The notes: generated from the letters alone by a model not told the origin. A stretch of 64,000 nucleotides of DNA from Entomortierella parvispora E1425 (GCA_020891255.1 BQFW01000001.1:2294001-2358000); one strand, 5' to 3'; shown: positions 1-14,856, counted from the first letter of the stretch. Program-made: numbers and translations.

Positions 1-78
1 GCTTTCTCTTCTTTCTTTCTTTCATCCATCCACATTCTCACCTTCTTCCTCCCTCCTGTACATATACATACTCGCAAG

Positions 79-1123
<1,045 letters not shown>

Positions 1124-1575
1124 GCAATGTCGGGAACCATCAAGGAAGGAAAATACAAAACATAATATCAACAAAAACACACGTTTCGTTGCTTTCAGGA
1201 CGGGACGATTTCATTCGCCGTAAATAAACCATGTCATATTAGCAAAACAAAACCCTACATCATGCCTTTGAAGGAGGGGACAGGGGAAGTGCGAGATTCG
1301 TATTGTTGACAGAACTGCACAAGCCTCTAAAACAGTTGAGTTATTTTTTACTCCAAGGGACCGGCGAGTCTCCGATTTGCTCTTTCATTCAGTCCAAAGG
1401 TGGATATGATGAAGGACTCGGAAAATGATATCTTCCACGGCCAAGAATGATAGAAACTGCAAGTTGGACTTTGAGCAAAAAGATCTTTAATAATATACAG
1501 GCGGAAAAAATGCAACAAGGGGGGACGGAATTAATGAAAAAAGGAAAGAATAAACAGAAAGAAACTGGAGTTGTT

Positions 1576-2934
1576 CTAAACAGCACCTTCGACTTCATCA
1601 GCTGCTGTTGGTGGAGCAGATGAAGGAGGTTCAACCTCGACATGGTTCATCTCTGGCACGGCTTTGAAAGCCTCTGGCTCAGAAGATGCAAAAGAGGCCC
1701 TTGTAAAAGAAGAAGAGGACAGAGGAGAAGCACGGATGGCGGTGGCTCTTGTGGTTAAGACCCCATTCCGGAAAGGATCATGATGATGCTGTTGGTTTCG
1801 ATGGTTCAGAGGGGAGGTTGGAAGGGCAGGGCCTCCTCCGACCAAGACGAGGATTTTTTCCAGAGGCAAAAGCAAGCCCAAGAGTAAACAAATGACCGAG
1901 ACTGTAAAGACTTGCATCTTTGTGTACTGTCGAACGGCCAAGAGACGAGAGACCATCCGCACAGTCTGCCTTGAGTTGCTCAACTTTGTGGTCAAATAGT
2001 TGACGGGTGTGGCGAGAAGGCCCAAGGAGGAGCCAGGTGTAGAAGGAACGTCTACGCCCTCGCCCTTGGAGCTGCCAGCAGAACCACGGGAGACCTTTGT
2101 CGAGGCGGAGTGTGATGATCCCATAGAAGAGTTCTGTGCGGCGCCCTTGGAAGACGATGTGAAGAGGGTGGGATAAGAGCCTGGAGGAGAAGAAGTATTC
2201 GAGGAGGTGGACGAGCTTGTTGACATTTTGCGCCCTCCTGCTGAAAGCTTGGTACTGCCAGACCGAAGCCCACCGCTGCCTGGGGAATGGTGGTAGGATC
2301 GCTGAACCTGTGGCTGTGGTCGAGATTTGTCCGAATGAGCAGATCGAGCAGAAGAGTGCATAGAGGATGCCATAGAAGACGAATTGGAGGAAGATGAGGA
2401 GATAGATCCGCCATCATCCTGGGGGTCTCTCATTGTTAACGTGGAGGACGAGGCACACTGGATAAACGTTTCGATTATTCTCCTGCGGTCCAATTCTTTC
2501 CACTAGAGAGAAAGTGATGAAGGGAAGAGTTAGATCTTGGCCCCAACGTGCGTAGAAAAGTATAACTTGTTGTGCGGGAGGACTTACACTGGCGGCATCG
2601 ATTTGCGCGCTTTCGTCTTCAGTCAGAGCAATACTTTGCAACAGGAACCGGTCCTGAGGATTGACCCAACTCTCGCAGCGAACTATCATTTCCAATTCAG
2701 AGGAAGAGCAGGTCAGACACTGAAATGCCAAGACAATGTGCCTTTGCTTTAACTTTCAAAGAACACACAATCTCATACCAAACACTTCAATAGACTGTCC
2801 AGGAACCAGCACTCCGAGGACAGGCTTGACAGAGTATCTCAAAGGAGCATTCGTCTTGAACTTGTATCCGACTGGGGCGCTCAACAAGTTTTTGATCTTG
2901 AGCTTAGAGACAAGACCGGACGAGACTTTTGAAG
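1576..2934 (-). CDS. MSP (major sperm protein)-domain membrane protein, VAP/Scs2/MOSPD-like; 5' exon not resolved
   Basis: Exons read KLKIKNLLSAPVGYKFKTNAPLRYSVKPVLGVLVPGQSIEVF|VRCESWVNPQDRFLLQSIAL...|WKELDRRRIIETFIQC, resembling the MSP core (FKVKTTAPKxYCVRP, DKFLVQS). A Ser-rich linker and a hydrophobic segment (VFTVSVICLLLGLLLPL) follow; stop at 1576-1578. Confidence 0.8.
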
Positions 2935-5900
2935 CTATTGAAAGATGCAGGACAAGGAGCCGTTAGCAAGAAGAAAAACGTGGTTGCAGCAGCACAGACC
3001 AATGCAAACACCTTTGCCCTGGATTTGAAAAAAAGGAAGGCATTCCACTTTTCCTCCCGTGCCGAGTCCCTGAATGGGGGATCACTTCCGCCCACCCCCC
3101 TTTTTTGTTGTCTTCGACTCCATTCTTCACCCACGCGATTTGACCGATCCTTGTCCCCACAACTCCGCGTTGACACGATAGCGAAAGGGCTAAAAAAATT
3201 GACGGAGCCCTACAACATCCTCTCTTTTGGATATTGGAGATAGATCGACCACAGCAGCACGTCGTTGTCTGTGCGTGGATCAATTTAAAAACAGTCGGGC
3301 AACGTGTTCTCCCCACATCCCAACCTGGTGATGATGGCCAGATCCAGATTCAACAACAATAGTCTGGATTAGAACTTGTCCGTGCATCCAACGACGACTT
3401 CCTTTTTTTTGTTTCGGTTGGGAAGAAAATCTCCCCTAATGTTAAAGACTGCATAGGCAAAGCCAACGGGGTCCGGAGGAAAATTGCAGAGCCAATGTCC
3501 CCATGACATTGATCCAAGGCAACACAAAAGGGAAGCATAGAGTCGAAAAATTGGGGCAGCTGTGGCGAAGGGTCCACATCGGCGAATATGTCGTCATACT
3601 GGAGGGATGGCTGTGGCATGCAGGGCGAGGGTTCCAAAAAAACCAACTCTCCAGCTCCAAGAGTAGACACTCCTTTTATCTTTGTCATACAGCATCCCAG
3701 TCGTTCCCCTTTTGCAGCGGGGAAGAAAGAAGGGTAGAAAGCAAAGTATTCAGATCATTTTGAGTGGGTGGAGCTGTACCTGTAAATTGAAAGTTTTGTG
3801 GGGAGATTCGAAGGAAGGATGTTGGGCTTTGCGCGTTGTTGGAGGTGGGGGAGGAGTTGCTTGAGAGAGACATCCTGGGAAGCGAAAGGCCAGCCTTTGT
3901 TCGGGTATGTGTATCTTGAGGAGGAAGAAGAGAAAGAGGAGAAGGATTGTAGAAGAGGATGCGATGGGGATCAAGAGCCTTCTGGATCCCTTTTTTGAAG
4001 CGAAATAAAAGGAAACTGGAGACAGATCACGCCCGTGTCTTGTGAGAGGGAAAGGGTGCTGCGCGGCAAGACTGTAACGGGAACAGCGTGGGTTGGCCGG
4101 TGATTGTTGCAGTGTTGACAGAAGGGGGATGAACGAGGTTTCCCGCTGAATGGGGAAATGTGAATGACAAAGCAGGAGGAGACAGAGCAAAGGATGCAGA
4201 AGAAAGAAAGAGCAGACGATAAAATAAAAAAGGGATTGGGCGAAGGGCGACAAAGAAACTTTTTTTTTTTTATGAAAAAAGAGGTCACGGTGGGGCAATG
4301 AGATTTGGGTGGGGTGCGAGGGAGATGGAGGAATGGATGTGAATTGGGCGAAGGGTAGAGCAGACAGATGGCAAGAAGAGACGAAGAAGAAGACAAAGGG
4401 ACGAAAGAGAGAGAAGCAACGAAGAAAAAGAGCGCGGCAATGGGTCGGCCGTGTTCCTTTTGGGGGTGATCCAACAAAAAACCGATTCGAGGTAAAAATG
4501 GGCCAACCCGAACAAGGGGACGGATGACCTGTCCGTCGGTCGGTCGGTCGGTTGCTTGGCCCTTCTTCCTCTCTCTCTCACTGCCAGCGTAGGTGGGGTG
4601 GATGGGTGGATGGGTGGATGACCTGACCTTCACCTCAGCCCAGTCCTCGCTGGTGCTTGGCCCTGCATCGCCATGTCCTCTTGCTCTCTCTCTCTCCCTG
4701 TCATCGACCGATCATTTTGGAGGGAAAGCACTACAAGTCAGGTTAGGACAAATCGATCCTTCCTCAAGAGCCTCCACCCCTACCGAGCAGAGCAAAGCAG
4801 CGGCTGCCTGCTCTGCTCTAGAACAGAACAACCGCAGTCATTGCCCAAAAAACAGCAGTGGCAGTAGCAATTGCAAACAAGAACCGCAGAGCAGAACAGA
4901 GAGCCTCCCAACAGGGTGGACGGGTGATCTTGAGTTCTTGCAGGAAAGGTCATGCTGAACGCACAAACAGAAGCAAACCCGACAGACCTGCACAACAGCT
5001 CTTGTGCTCTCTGTTACTTTGAGTCCAGGGGGATCGTTTTTCGTTTTTTGTTTGTTGTGGGGCGACCAAAAATCCCCACGGAAACACCGAAATTAAAAAA
5101 AAGTGAAAATTCTCATCACAAATCCCTCCAACCCGCTGCGGGCTACCAGCCCACAGAGACCCACAACGGCGGTATCGTCCCCTGACCCAACAGAGTTTTT
5201 CTGTTGGTCGACCCCCTGAAGCGTGGCTGACTTTTGACCTCAGCTGGGGCCCAGCTGGGAAGGACGGACGGACGCTGCTTCCCATGTGCACATCACATCA
5301 GGTCATTGCCGTTTTCTTTTATGTACTCCTCTGCACCAGACCGGAGCTGCGACTTATTCGAGGGTTGGAATCGGGCGAGAAAACTCAATTTTTTTTTTTT
5401 CTTTTTTGCTGTCCCGCAGGCCCAGAGGAGGAAAGCGTTGTTTAAGAGCGCCGCCAGCCAGGTTGGGGGCAATTGAAATCAAAAAGGTCATCCACACCTC
5501 TGCTGACTGGGGCGAGTTCACTTTAATCAGGATGCCATTGTTCCTGCAGCGCAGCCCTTTGTTCCTGTTCCTGTGTCCCTGTGGTGTGGTGCGGCTTCTT
5601 TTACTTTTTTTTCTGTCTCTCTGGCCGCTCTGGGGATGACAAAACAACAAAAGCTCGTTTGTGTTCAGTTCATTGTTTGTGCTTCGCCGTACAGAGTCGA
5701 CGCCTGGATGTCCTTTTCCTGATCCACATCCATCCCCAATCCTTTTCAGATCGTCAGCGACTTCGATAAAAGTGACCGAGGCTACTAACTTGCTCCCCCT
5801 TCTCTTAACGCCGTTCCGTCGTGTTGAAACTTCCCGCTTGCACTCCTTTTGCTGGGGAAGGGCTGTCTCCAAGGTACGGTTTAATGGTACATGGAGTTGG

Positions 5901-6667
5901 GTTCCGCTTAACGTGTTGTAGAACCATTGAACGAAAGGCTAGAATTAAGATTATTCGTCGAATGACCTCTGTATTCCCACCGCGTGTCCACTCCCTGCTC
6001 AAACTCTGAAAGTTGTTATATGACAACGTAATAAAAAGTCATTACCCCAAAGTGCATTCAGCTTGAAACCGGACAAACTCTTGCAACTCACAAGGTTGCT
6101 AGGGTATCAAATGTGTGCATCCGTGATCTACTTTCCCAGGGAACGCGAATCGTGGATCAAGGATCAGCTGTACAACCTGTAAAGTCCCGTCTCCTGTTCA
6201 ACTGGTCCAATCAACCTTTCTATGAAAAAAACGCTATGTCTCTCTCTACACATCTGTCCACGGCAACCACATCAGCATACAAGTTGTTACAACATCCTCC
6301 TCGTCTTTCTTGGGAAGAAGGTCACCTTTGCTCAATTGCATCCTGCCTCCTCGGTGGAAAATTGCTCGACATCGGTTTCATATAAGTAAAAATATCTGTA
6401 TTGTAGTTTCTATTTCCTCCAGTCGACTAACATCTCCTTCAGGCGGCATAGAGGTTGAAAGGAGAGGAGAGTGTAGGGATTGAGGATGCTGTGCTGTAGT
6501 TGGATATCTAGCTCATGTCTAGTTTGTTTTTTGTTCGCCGAGTCCCAAAAAAAGGTTCCTGGTCCACGTTCGTCCCGCTCTGTTGCTTTGGTGGCCCATG
6601 GCAAGAAGTTTACAAAAAAGAAGTCGCCATTATCCCTTGCAAAGGCGCTGTTTCCTGAGGGTCATAT

Positions 6668-7468
6668 TTAAACGGTGACCTTGAAGGGGAGGGTACCCTC
6701 CTCGCGCTGCTCATCCCACTTGCCAACCTAAAAAAGAGTAAGAAGGTAACGCGTAGAAATAGATCAGTAACCAGATCTCTCAGGAAGACGCGCCTCCTTG
6801 TATATAGAGAAAAAGAAAGAAAAAAAGAGGTCAGACATCTTACCCAGTCAGCGGGGCACAAGCTCTGGTAAGCCTTCTTGAAGTCCTTGCAGGGGGCAAA
6901 GTCCTCTCCACGTGCGTTGATGCACTTGAAGTAGTCCGAGTACGACTGCCAGCAGTGCTTGCTCTGGTTCGTGTTGGGGAAACGAGCGTCGAAGGGGGCT
7001 AATAACAATTGAAGAAGGAAAAGCCTCCGTTAGGACTGAGTCATGAAAACAGTCTTGATAGGGGGGGGGGGGGGTCAAAGAGGATGCGTTCCGTTCCGGT
7101 GTTTCCCTGTCGCGGCTTCCTTTGTATTATGACAAGATCAAATAAAGGTAGTAGGTCGCGGGTCTGTCCGTGCGAGTACTTCCGAGCGGTTTTTCTGCAA
7201 TCTGATCAAAAAGGTGAGTCTCGAGTCCATTTCATGCCCACAAGAAATCTCCTGTCATCCAAGTCTTGATCTAATGAACTCGCTCCAATTGATCAGTAGA
7301 ACTGTTTGTTTCCCAGTAGCTCTCCTGATGTTGGATCGGAGGCCGTTGTTGTGCTGCTGCTCCACAAAAGAGATATCCGTCTCTTTTTTTTCCGTGATAT
7401 CTTTGACAATATGTGAGTGTACTATCAGGGAGGAAGCACGCACTGGTCTTAATCTCGATATCGGACAT
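6668..7468 (-). CDS. COX12: Cytochrome c oxidase subunit 6B (Cox12)
   Basis: MSDIEIKT|TPFDARFPNTNQSKHCWQSYSDYFKCINARGEDFAPCKDFKKAYQSLCPADW|VGKWDEQREEGTLPFKVTV* has the CX9C-CX10C pattern and the COX6B motif PFDARFPNxNQ; GT-AG junctions found. Confidence 0.96.
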
Positions 7469-7688
7469 GGTGATGATAATGGATGTGAGTGAGTTGTGAG
7501 TGATCCCTGCGATGGATGTCCCTATGTGCCCGGAAGCGCGCGAATGAAAAAAAGCACTTCTGTCACGGGAGAAATTATATCGTAAATGTTGCAATGACAT
7601 CGATCACGTGAGAAGGACGCGCTGCCTCTTACTGAGACGATAACAACTGGAAAGGCATTGAGCTAGCAGAGTCAGAGCCGTCATCCAT

Positions 7689-8334
7689 TTAAGGAATAAC
7701 TCGTAAGGTATCTTTTGATGGCTCCTGAGGAGGCAAGGCTCCGAGGACATTGCAGCCAACCGAGGGCATAGACAGACAGGATTTAGAGCCAGGCTTGTTC
7801 AGGTCTACTTCTTGGACACTATAAGTATAACCCTTGTCTAAATACTCTGCCATTCCACCGCAAATACCGACATTGAATCCTCCGACACAGGTAAATTGGG
7901 TCAGGTCAACGCCCAGGCAAATGTCGACCCATTTGCAGTCCATACCAAGGGTCTGGTTAGATCCAACGGGCGGCTCCTGGCACCTTGCTGAGACACATGC
8001 CGGGCTTTGAAAGTGAGGATCTTTGCAGCACGGTAGTGTTCTTGTCTGGGCCGATGCACCCTCTTGGTAACAGTCTTCGGCTCCCTGAGAAAGTTTACAG
8101 ACATATTTGGAATTGCCCACGTTGCACCTGATGAATCCATATCCGCAGCCTGCGGCCGCACTGGTGTTTGTCCATGGTGGACAGACTTCCTCTTGTGTGC
8201 AACACGGCATGAACTCGGCTGAACCCCCAAAGTTGGTGGGCCAGGAAGTAAAGTTGTTGACTACATTGTCCATCCAGAGGAGGTTACAGCTAGTCATGAT
8301 GACGGCTACTTGGAAAGGTCGACTGGTTTTGCTG
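7689..8334 (-). CDS. Cysteine-rich hypothetical protein, large last exon; upstream exons unresolved
   Basis: 202-aa ORF (7689-8297) with about 18 Cys including two CC doublets. It is preceded by a branch site, pyrimidine tract and CAG acceptor near 8335, and the frame stays open up to it. No family recognised. Confidence 0.5.
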
Positions 8335-8877
8335 TTTGGGAAGAGAATACCGAGAAAAGATCAGAAAAAAAAAAAAAAAAAAGGTATCCAACTTGAACTC
8401 CTGTTTGTTATTGCACCGCCTTCCGGGAAGAAAAACCGGGATTCTTTGACGAGGGGATCAAGTAAACAAATGGACATCACGCGACTGAACAGCATCAAGG
8501 CAACATGCAAGAGCAACCGTTTCGCAGGTTACGATACTGATTATTGCAAGAGGACATAACACTGCAAGGGTGACGCCGTCCATTCTATACCAATGCCAAA
8601 GGATATCTAGCTAGAGAAGGAAAAAGAGGGTATTTGTTCTAGCGTGCAACGCCTTTCCGAGGAAGTATCGCATCTGGAACAAATTGGCCCGAGTCGCGAA
8701 AGATTGGATTGTCATACCATGCACAGCCCAAAGCAGGTTTCCAAGACCTCATACCACACGAACGCCGCACAAAGCGTAGAGATCAAAGGGTCACAGCGGT
8801 TGACAGCGCATGAAGAGGATATTTTTCGTATGGTTTTTTATTATCTGTTGTTCAGCGGTATGAAAAGGTATGGCATT

Positions 8878-11020
8878 CTAAATAACGTAAAACTGGTCGG
8901 CCTCCTTTTCTCTTTTCCGACCACCAAAGCAGGCCCAGCCTGAGATCATCTCGTTCCATTCTTGGATAAGAGACTGCTTGAAAAACAACAAGAAGATCCA
9001 GATACCCGTCGTACTGACCAGACCCTCTGCGATCATCATCAGTATAAAGTTGGGCATGTGGCCACTTGCATACTTATCACCACACTCTTCCTGGCTACCG
9101 CCCGTAAAGATACACAGCTGCCAGGTCGACATCCAGCTCATGTCTGTCTTACTTCCCTCAACCAAATAAAAGGCCCAGTAGACCAGGATGGAACCGGAAA
9201 TGACCAGTGCCAAGACCGCGGCGCGCCACTGGATGCGGATCGCGTTCAACACGTGGCGACGATGAGAGATCCTGGCAGCACGACCCGAGGACAAAGTCGA
9301 GTGAGAAACTGTCTCGGACTTTTCAGACTGAAGAGTGATGCGGATGATGTGAGCGAAGGTAGCGATATGAAGCAGGATGGAAGGAACCATGATCACTCCA
9401 AGGGGAATGAACAGCAGAGCATTCGAAGTATCTTGCGTAGCCATACACCTAAAAAAAATAATGCGAAAAACAAAAAAGATCAGTTTCTAAGGATCAAAAT
9501 CAATGGAAAAAAAAAAGATAGCAGGCAAGACCTTACATGTTCGAGTTGTTCCAACCAATAGATTTGGTAACAACAGCAATTGCGGCAAAGGCTGCGGGAA
9601 TGATCCACCCGATGGTGTGGGACAACCAGGCGCGTCTCGCGAGCCAGCTGGAGTTCCAGACTGTATGCAAATGCAAGTTCACGATGACGAGCGACAGCCA
9701 CGCCGTGGTTGCAATGGCTCCAAAGATAAGCCAGCCTCCCTGCGCCAAGCACAGGTTGTTGTTGTACGATGTCGATGTGACAATGGCCGTGGTAGGGATA
9801 GGCTGATGGGTTGCGCACTGAACACGCTTTGGATCTCCGTAAGAGAGAGCAACAGCAGCACTGAAAATGCAAGTGGAGATAGCAGCAAACAGAATCAAGT
9901 TGCTTGGGTGCTGAAGTTTGTCTGGCAACAGAAGATAGGAGATCACCAGAATCAAGGCCAGACCTGCAGAAATACCCTTGAGAATATCTGTGATAAAGAA
10001 TCCTTTATCCAGGATTCCAGGCTTGTAAAACGCGTCAGTCTGTGGGCAGGGAAGACAGCATCCGCATCCACAGTTGGCATTGTCGGCATTCTGCAGTCCC
10101 TTGGTCGCTTGGAAGACAGTGTCGACGACAAATGGCGAGGGGCACTCAGTCATAGGCTGTGAACAAGTTATGTTGGTGCTTTGAGCTACATTCAATTGAA
10201 GTGCCAAGCAGGGTTGTATTAGCCGCAATGTCATACCCTATAGAGATTGCTCTGAAAAGCCATATATACATACGTGGGATGTAATTGCAAGACGGGTCTG
10301 GCTGGTATGGGAATGGGCCTCCAGGATACGCCCCCGTGCCTGGAATAGGTGTCGAGCAGTCAGGGAGCACCGTCATATTCTGGGGGATTACTCCATGGGA
10401 TTGGAGGAAAGCTACATCAGCTTGGCAGGTCTGGATGGCCGTCTCGCATGTTGATTTGCAGGCAAAAAGGACATTGTAACTGTTGGCTATGGGAAGAGAG
10501 TGTATTCAACAAGCTCGTGTTAGAAGGGGTGCTGGAAATGCTCGGGAATATGATCGATAGCACAACATTGGTTACTCTGTCCAGTCAGTCCAGTCGTGAC
10601 AGGGCGAGGAAAGGCGACCGAGCACCCATAGGCAAGCATGGCAGATTGGCATGGATCGGGCAATGCCATGAGGCTCTCCAGGCCTGCTGCAGCCTCGATC
10701 ATGGTTACGTTTGTACCGTCAGGAATCCAAACGTTGTAATCAATAAAACCTTGGCAATATACTCCAGTGTACGGCACCACTACAAAGAAGAAGGATCCGG
10801 ATTAGAAAAGAGAGCGATAGACAACAGGTATGAACATTAAGGTACCGCCAACAAACAAAAACGGAAGAGATGTCAGATGCGCATCTGCCATGTATCCATA
10901 GAGTAGTATATGGACGATCACGGCGGGCATCAAAACGGAGAGGCGATTGTGAGCCAATGGTGAACGGCTCGACGCGTCCAAGTCCCTGCTGGGGCTCTGA
11001 GCTGGTCTGGACCCAGCCAT
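8878..11020 (-). CDS. Frizzled/Smoothened-like (class F) 7TM receptor with N-terminal cysteine-rich domain; start approximate
   Basis: CRD-like exon VPYTGVYCQG...DPCQSAMLAYGCSVAFP; linker CPSPF...CGCGCCLPCP; TM region with HPSNLILF, CLAQGGWLIFGAIATTAWLSLVIVNLHL, SHTIGWIIP; C-terminal WQLCIFTGGSQEECG...MMIAEGLVSTTGIWIFLLF. This matches Frizzled/Fsl-type architecture. Confidence 0.85.
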
Positions 11021-13901
11021 CCACCATCCGCAAAGACACCATCACACCGGCAGACTTCCTTGCTCCATCCACATGGATACCGCAATATACCACAACTGCG
11101 ATTCTTCCGTCAATCGACGGCTGCCCACAACGTGACCCATATTTCCTATCGCCAGGCTCACATCTTTGCCCTCTGTCTTTTTCATTTTTTGATTGACTTT
11201 GTCTGACGTGCAGTTGGTGCAACCACGGCTGCATGTCGCAGAGAAGGCTCTGTTCCTGACAAGACCCACGCTGGCCAATGAACTCTACTTGCCAAATATA
11301 TGGCTCTTGCTCGCGATTGTTCTTATCCAACCAGACCCACCCGAAAGAGAGAGAGGAAGACTGAATCCCTTCGTCTTATTAGGGTGTTTGATTGCTGGGT
11401 GGGTCAACCTTCTGCGCTGCAGCCGAAATAGGTGGTGTTGGGTACCAGTCAGTGCCCTCCTCCGAACTCTTTTTTGTTTTTTGGTTTGACGGCGCGAGGA
11501 GAGTGGAGATGAAAAAAAAAAGTTTGTCCAAAGTTCACTATCTTAGGACAAGACAGCCGCTGGTTGGATGGGTGAAGGGTATTGTGGGAGAAGAAGCAAC
11601 GGCTGTCGCAGACTGAACTCAATGAAGGAGGCCAGTCCAAAGGAGAAGGGGATCCGTTCATGAATTCATTCACCCCCGCTCATTGCCATTGCTCTCATGC
11701 ACGCATGGGCGCCATCATCGGGTGATTTGGCGAATGACTTGACGTCTGAGAGTCTGTGGGAAGAATTTACCCCTCCGACAGACTGGCTGCGACCGTTGGA
11801 GTCAAAAAAGAAAATCATTTTCTGGATGGAACGGTTGCGAGATGGTGGTTCTCGTTCAATCTCCTTTGTGTCTCGGTGGACAATGAAGGGCTGGTGACGG
11901 GAAGAGGAGAGGAGGACTTACTCTGTCCAAGTGCCTCTGCTTTCTGGATTGTCGATGAGAGCAGGGTCATTGAAGCTAAGGCAGACACCAGCAGGCCTGC
12001 TGCTGTTGGCCGTGGAAAATGAGAGAAGCCACGCATGCCTCTGTTGTGATGTTCTGCTGGTTCCTGATTCGATGAAGACGGATTCTTTAGGGTAAAAAGG
12101 AGATGTAAGAGAGAAGTAGAGAGTGGAAGGATGATCGATCTGGAGGTGTTGACGAGATGGAGGATAGAAGGGAGGTAGAGGAAGAGACGGAAGAGGAGAC
12201 GAGCGACGAGGAGAAGGGGAGGGAGGAGGGAGGGAGGTACGAAGGGAGGAGATCCTGTAGAAGGGTGGACTGGGAGCTTTGCGGTGAGGTGAAGACAAAG
12301 AAGACAAAGAAGGCAGAAGAGAAACGAGAAGGAGAGACGAGCGTCGCATTGGACACTCATGAAGAGCAGAAGCAATCCAGAGCAGAACTCTGTTCCTCTC
12401 CTTCCCCTCCTTCCCTCCCTTCGCTGCCTTCCCTGTCTTCCCTCTCGACGTCCTGGCTGCACGCTCCAGGTGAGGCGGGCGCTCTGGCCTGTGTGGCTTT
12501 ACCACATACGCACGAGCTCTGGCACCGTTGAGTCGTGAGCAAGCCTGCCCCTGTCTGTAGAGTCAACCTCACCGTTTTTTCTCCACTGTGTGGTCGTGTC
12601 CCTCCCGTGCTCCATCGTCCATTCCTTATTTCGTCCAGATCGGTTGACCCTCAGTGATAAAGACAAGCATGGGCCGATTTGTTTCAAATTAACGTCTCTC
12701 AAACCACTCTACTCTCTTTTTTTCTCTCCCCATACTCTTGCAATCGCAGGCTATCTCCAGGCACCTCATAGTGAAAGTGGAGGAGAATGAACAGCCTTTC
12801 TCTCTCTCTTGTTGTTGCTTCTGTGTCTTGTGGAGAGAAAACCCAGTTCCTGGAGTCAACACATGAAAATCATGTCAACAGAGCTCGCCTTCCCCAATGC
12901 TTTTGCGGGCTTGCCTTGGAAGGGCTGGGTCGCACGAACACTGAACGAAGCAGACGACAGTGCACAAAGAACTGATCATTGACAGGGTACCACCTGCCAT
13001 CCTTTTTGCAGTCATCCTTCCATTTTGTTGATTGGGTATACCGCTCTGTTGTTCTTGACCACAAAAAGGATCGAAAGTAGTGAGAATCAGGCAAGCTCAG
13101 AGGAATTGCTCAAGCGCGCGCCCAAACGTTGATATCGTCTTGGGCACTTTTTTTTTTGCATGATTATTGTTGCAAGTTTGGACAAACAAGAGCTCTTTCG
13201 GCATTGAAACAGTCATCAATGCCGAGAAAGCAATGATGGTAGTCCTTGTTACACACAACCGTTGTCCAACGATTTTAATTGTTTTTTTTATTTGTATTGC
13301 CCGGACGATTGTTTTGTTTCCTTCTTTGATATTGGGTTGTACAAAGCTATCCTGGTCCCAGATGATATTCATTTTTGACTTTCTTCAAGAATGTGATGCC
13401 CAAGGTTGTTCCTCCCAGGATGACCATGACCGACTTCAAAGCTCAGAGAACGACAGCGACAACGACGGATGCTCGAGAATGCTGAAAGATACAAAAGGAA
13501 AAACTCGAGTGCGCGACGCTTATTTTCTTCTGATGGGCACTACGTAGTGAGGATGGGTTGGAAGTTGCAATGATTCCAAAACTACTTGCGGAAAAACAAA
13601 TGAGCTCTTCCGAGCAGGGCTCCGCTCCTTTTCGGTTTCTACAAATCGCGGCTGGACTTCTTTGCGCTCCCCTCCTGTCCCTGTGCCACCGAATGGCCAA
13701 CCCTCTCGCGGAGATTGGATTGGCAATTGAACCTGCCAGCCATGGCCCTCGCTCTCAGATTCTTGGACCAGTGCTCTTCCCATCAGCAGTGTTTTGGTTG
13801 GACTAGACTGATAAAAAGGACAGGATCCCCTCACTGACTGAAAGAATGTCGTGCACCAAATGGGAAAGTCAGCACGAGAGGGCGAGCAAAAGGGCTCACT
13901 C

Positions 13902-13932
<31 letters not shown>

Positions 13933-14825
13933 GGAGCTATCGATTGTCAATCCTCTCCCTACAAGAACAATTTGAAGGCCCAAATCACTTTAAAGTGAAA
14001 AAGAGTGAGAACAGGCCAACGCGTCAGAACCATCGTCTAGACTACGGCGCAAGGAAAGACGCCTAGAGATCAACCTTATCTTTTGGGACAGGTGGACATT
14101 AAAAAGACTTCGCAGGGCCGCACAGCACTAGGCGCGGACTTGCTGTAGCATCAATCCGCGGGTGCCAGCGACAAGGTCAAAGGTGGGGGACATGTTTGAA
14201 GATTCAAGTCAACATGCAAAATTTCTGTGCCGAGAACCCAAGACTCTTATTACGGTTCCTGGTCTGTGCAACATATTCTTGGAGATATGTGCCACGAACA
14301 CAGATGGTCACCGGGAAAATGAATTAAAGCTGAGGCAAACTATTGCTGCAGACTGCACTTGTTGGATTCAAGAAGTGAGAAAAGGAGTCGCGTCTCTGTG
14401 CCGGCTGGGATGTAACCATTCTTGAATGGATGTGCGTTGGTGCCTTGTGCAGTGCAGATACAATAAAACCCCACTGTTAGGGGATATATCGTGCCTGAGC
14501 AACAGGGCCTTACAAAAAGGGCCAGAACTTTCATACTGATCGATATGTAGTCGGCTACAACACGCTACGTAGCACTAGATGGCACGGAGGAAACCATACG
14601 TGCTTCCAGGCGTGCTTCCAGACGTGATCCACTCTGACCAACTTGCAAAGCCTACTCCCGACCATGAGTCAACAATTCCTATCACCCGAGATGACCCTCT
14701 TGAGTAGTAAACAGTGATAAGCATGAATATCATACAAGGCATTACTTCCTACATAAACATCCACCTTCAACTTAAGCGATATCAGTCTCCTTAACATTAC
14801 AAAATCGTAAACTGCGAAAACTTCC

Positions 14826-14856
<31 letters not shown>

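Noticed and set aside
13360-13490. FDFL.../FKNVMPK resembling a histone-fold (NF-YC/Dpb3) C-terminus
   Set aside because: The two pieces are in different frames with no upstream histone-fold helices; likely coincidence.
11756-13834. Many short ORFs in purine/pyrimidine-skewed intergenic DNA (also 3700-6400, 33300-35900, 39000-41300, 55400-59700)
   Set aside because: They are low-complexity translations with no domain signatures, typical of promoter, UTR and microsatellite sequence.
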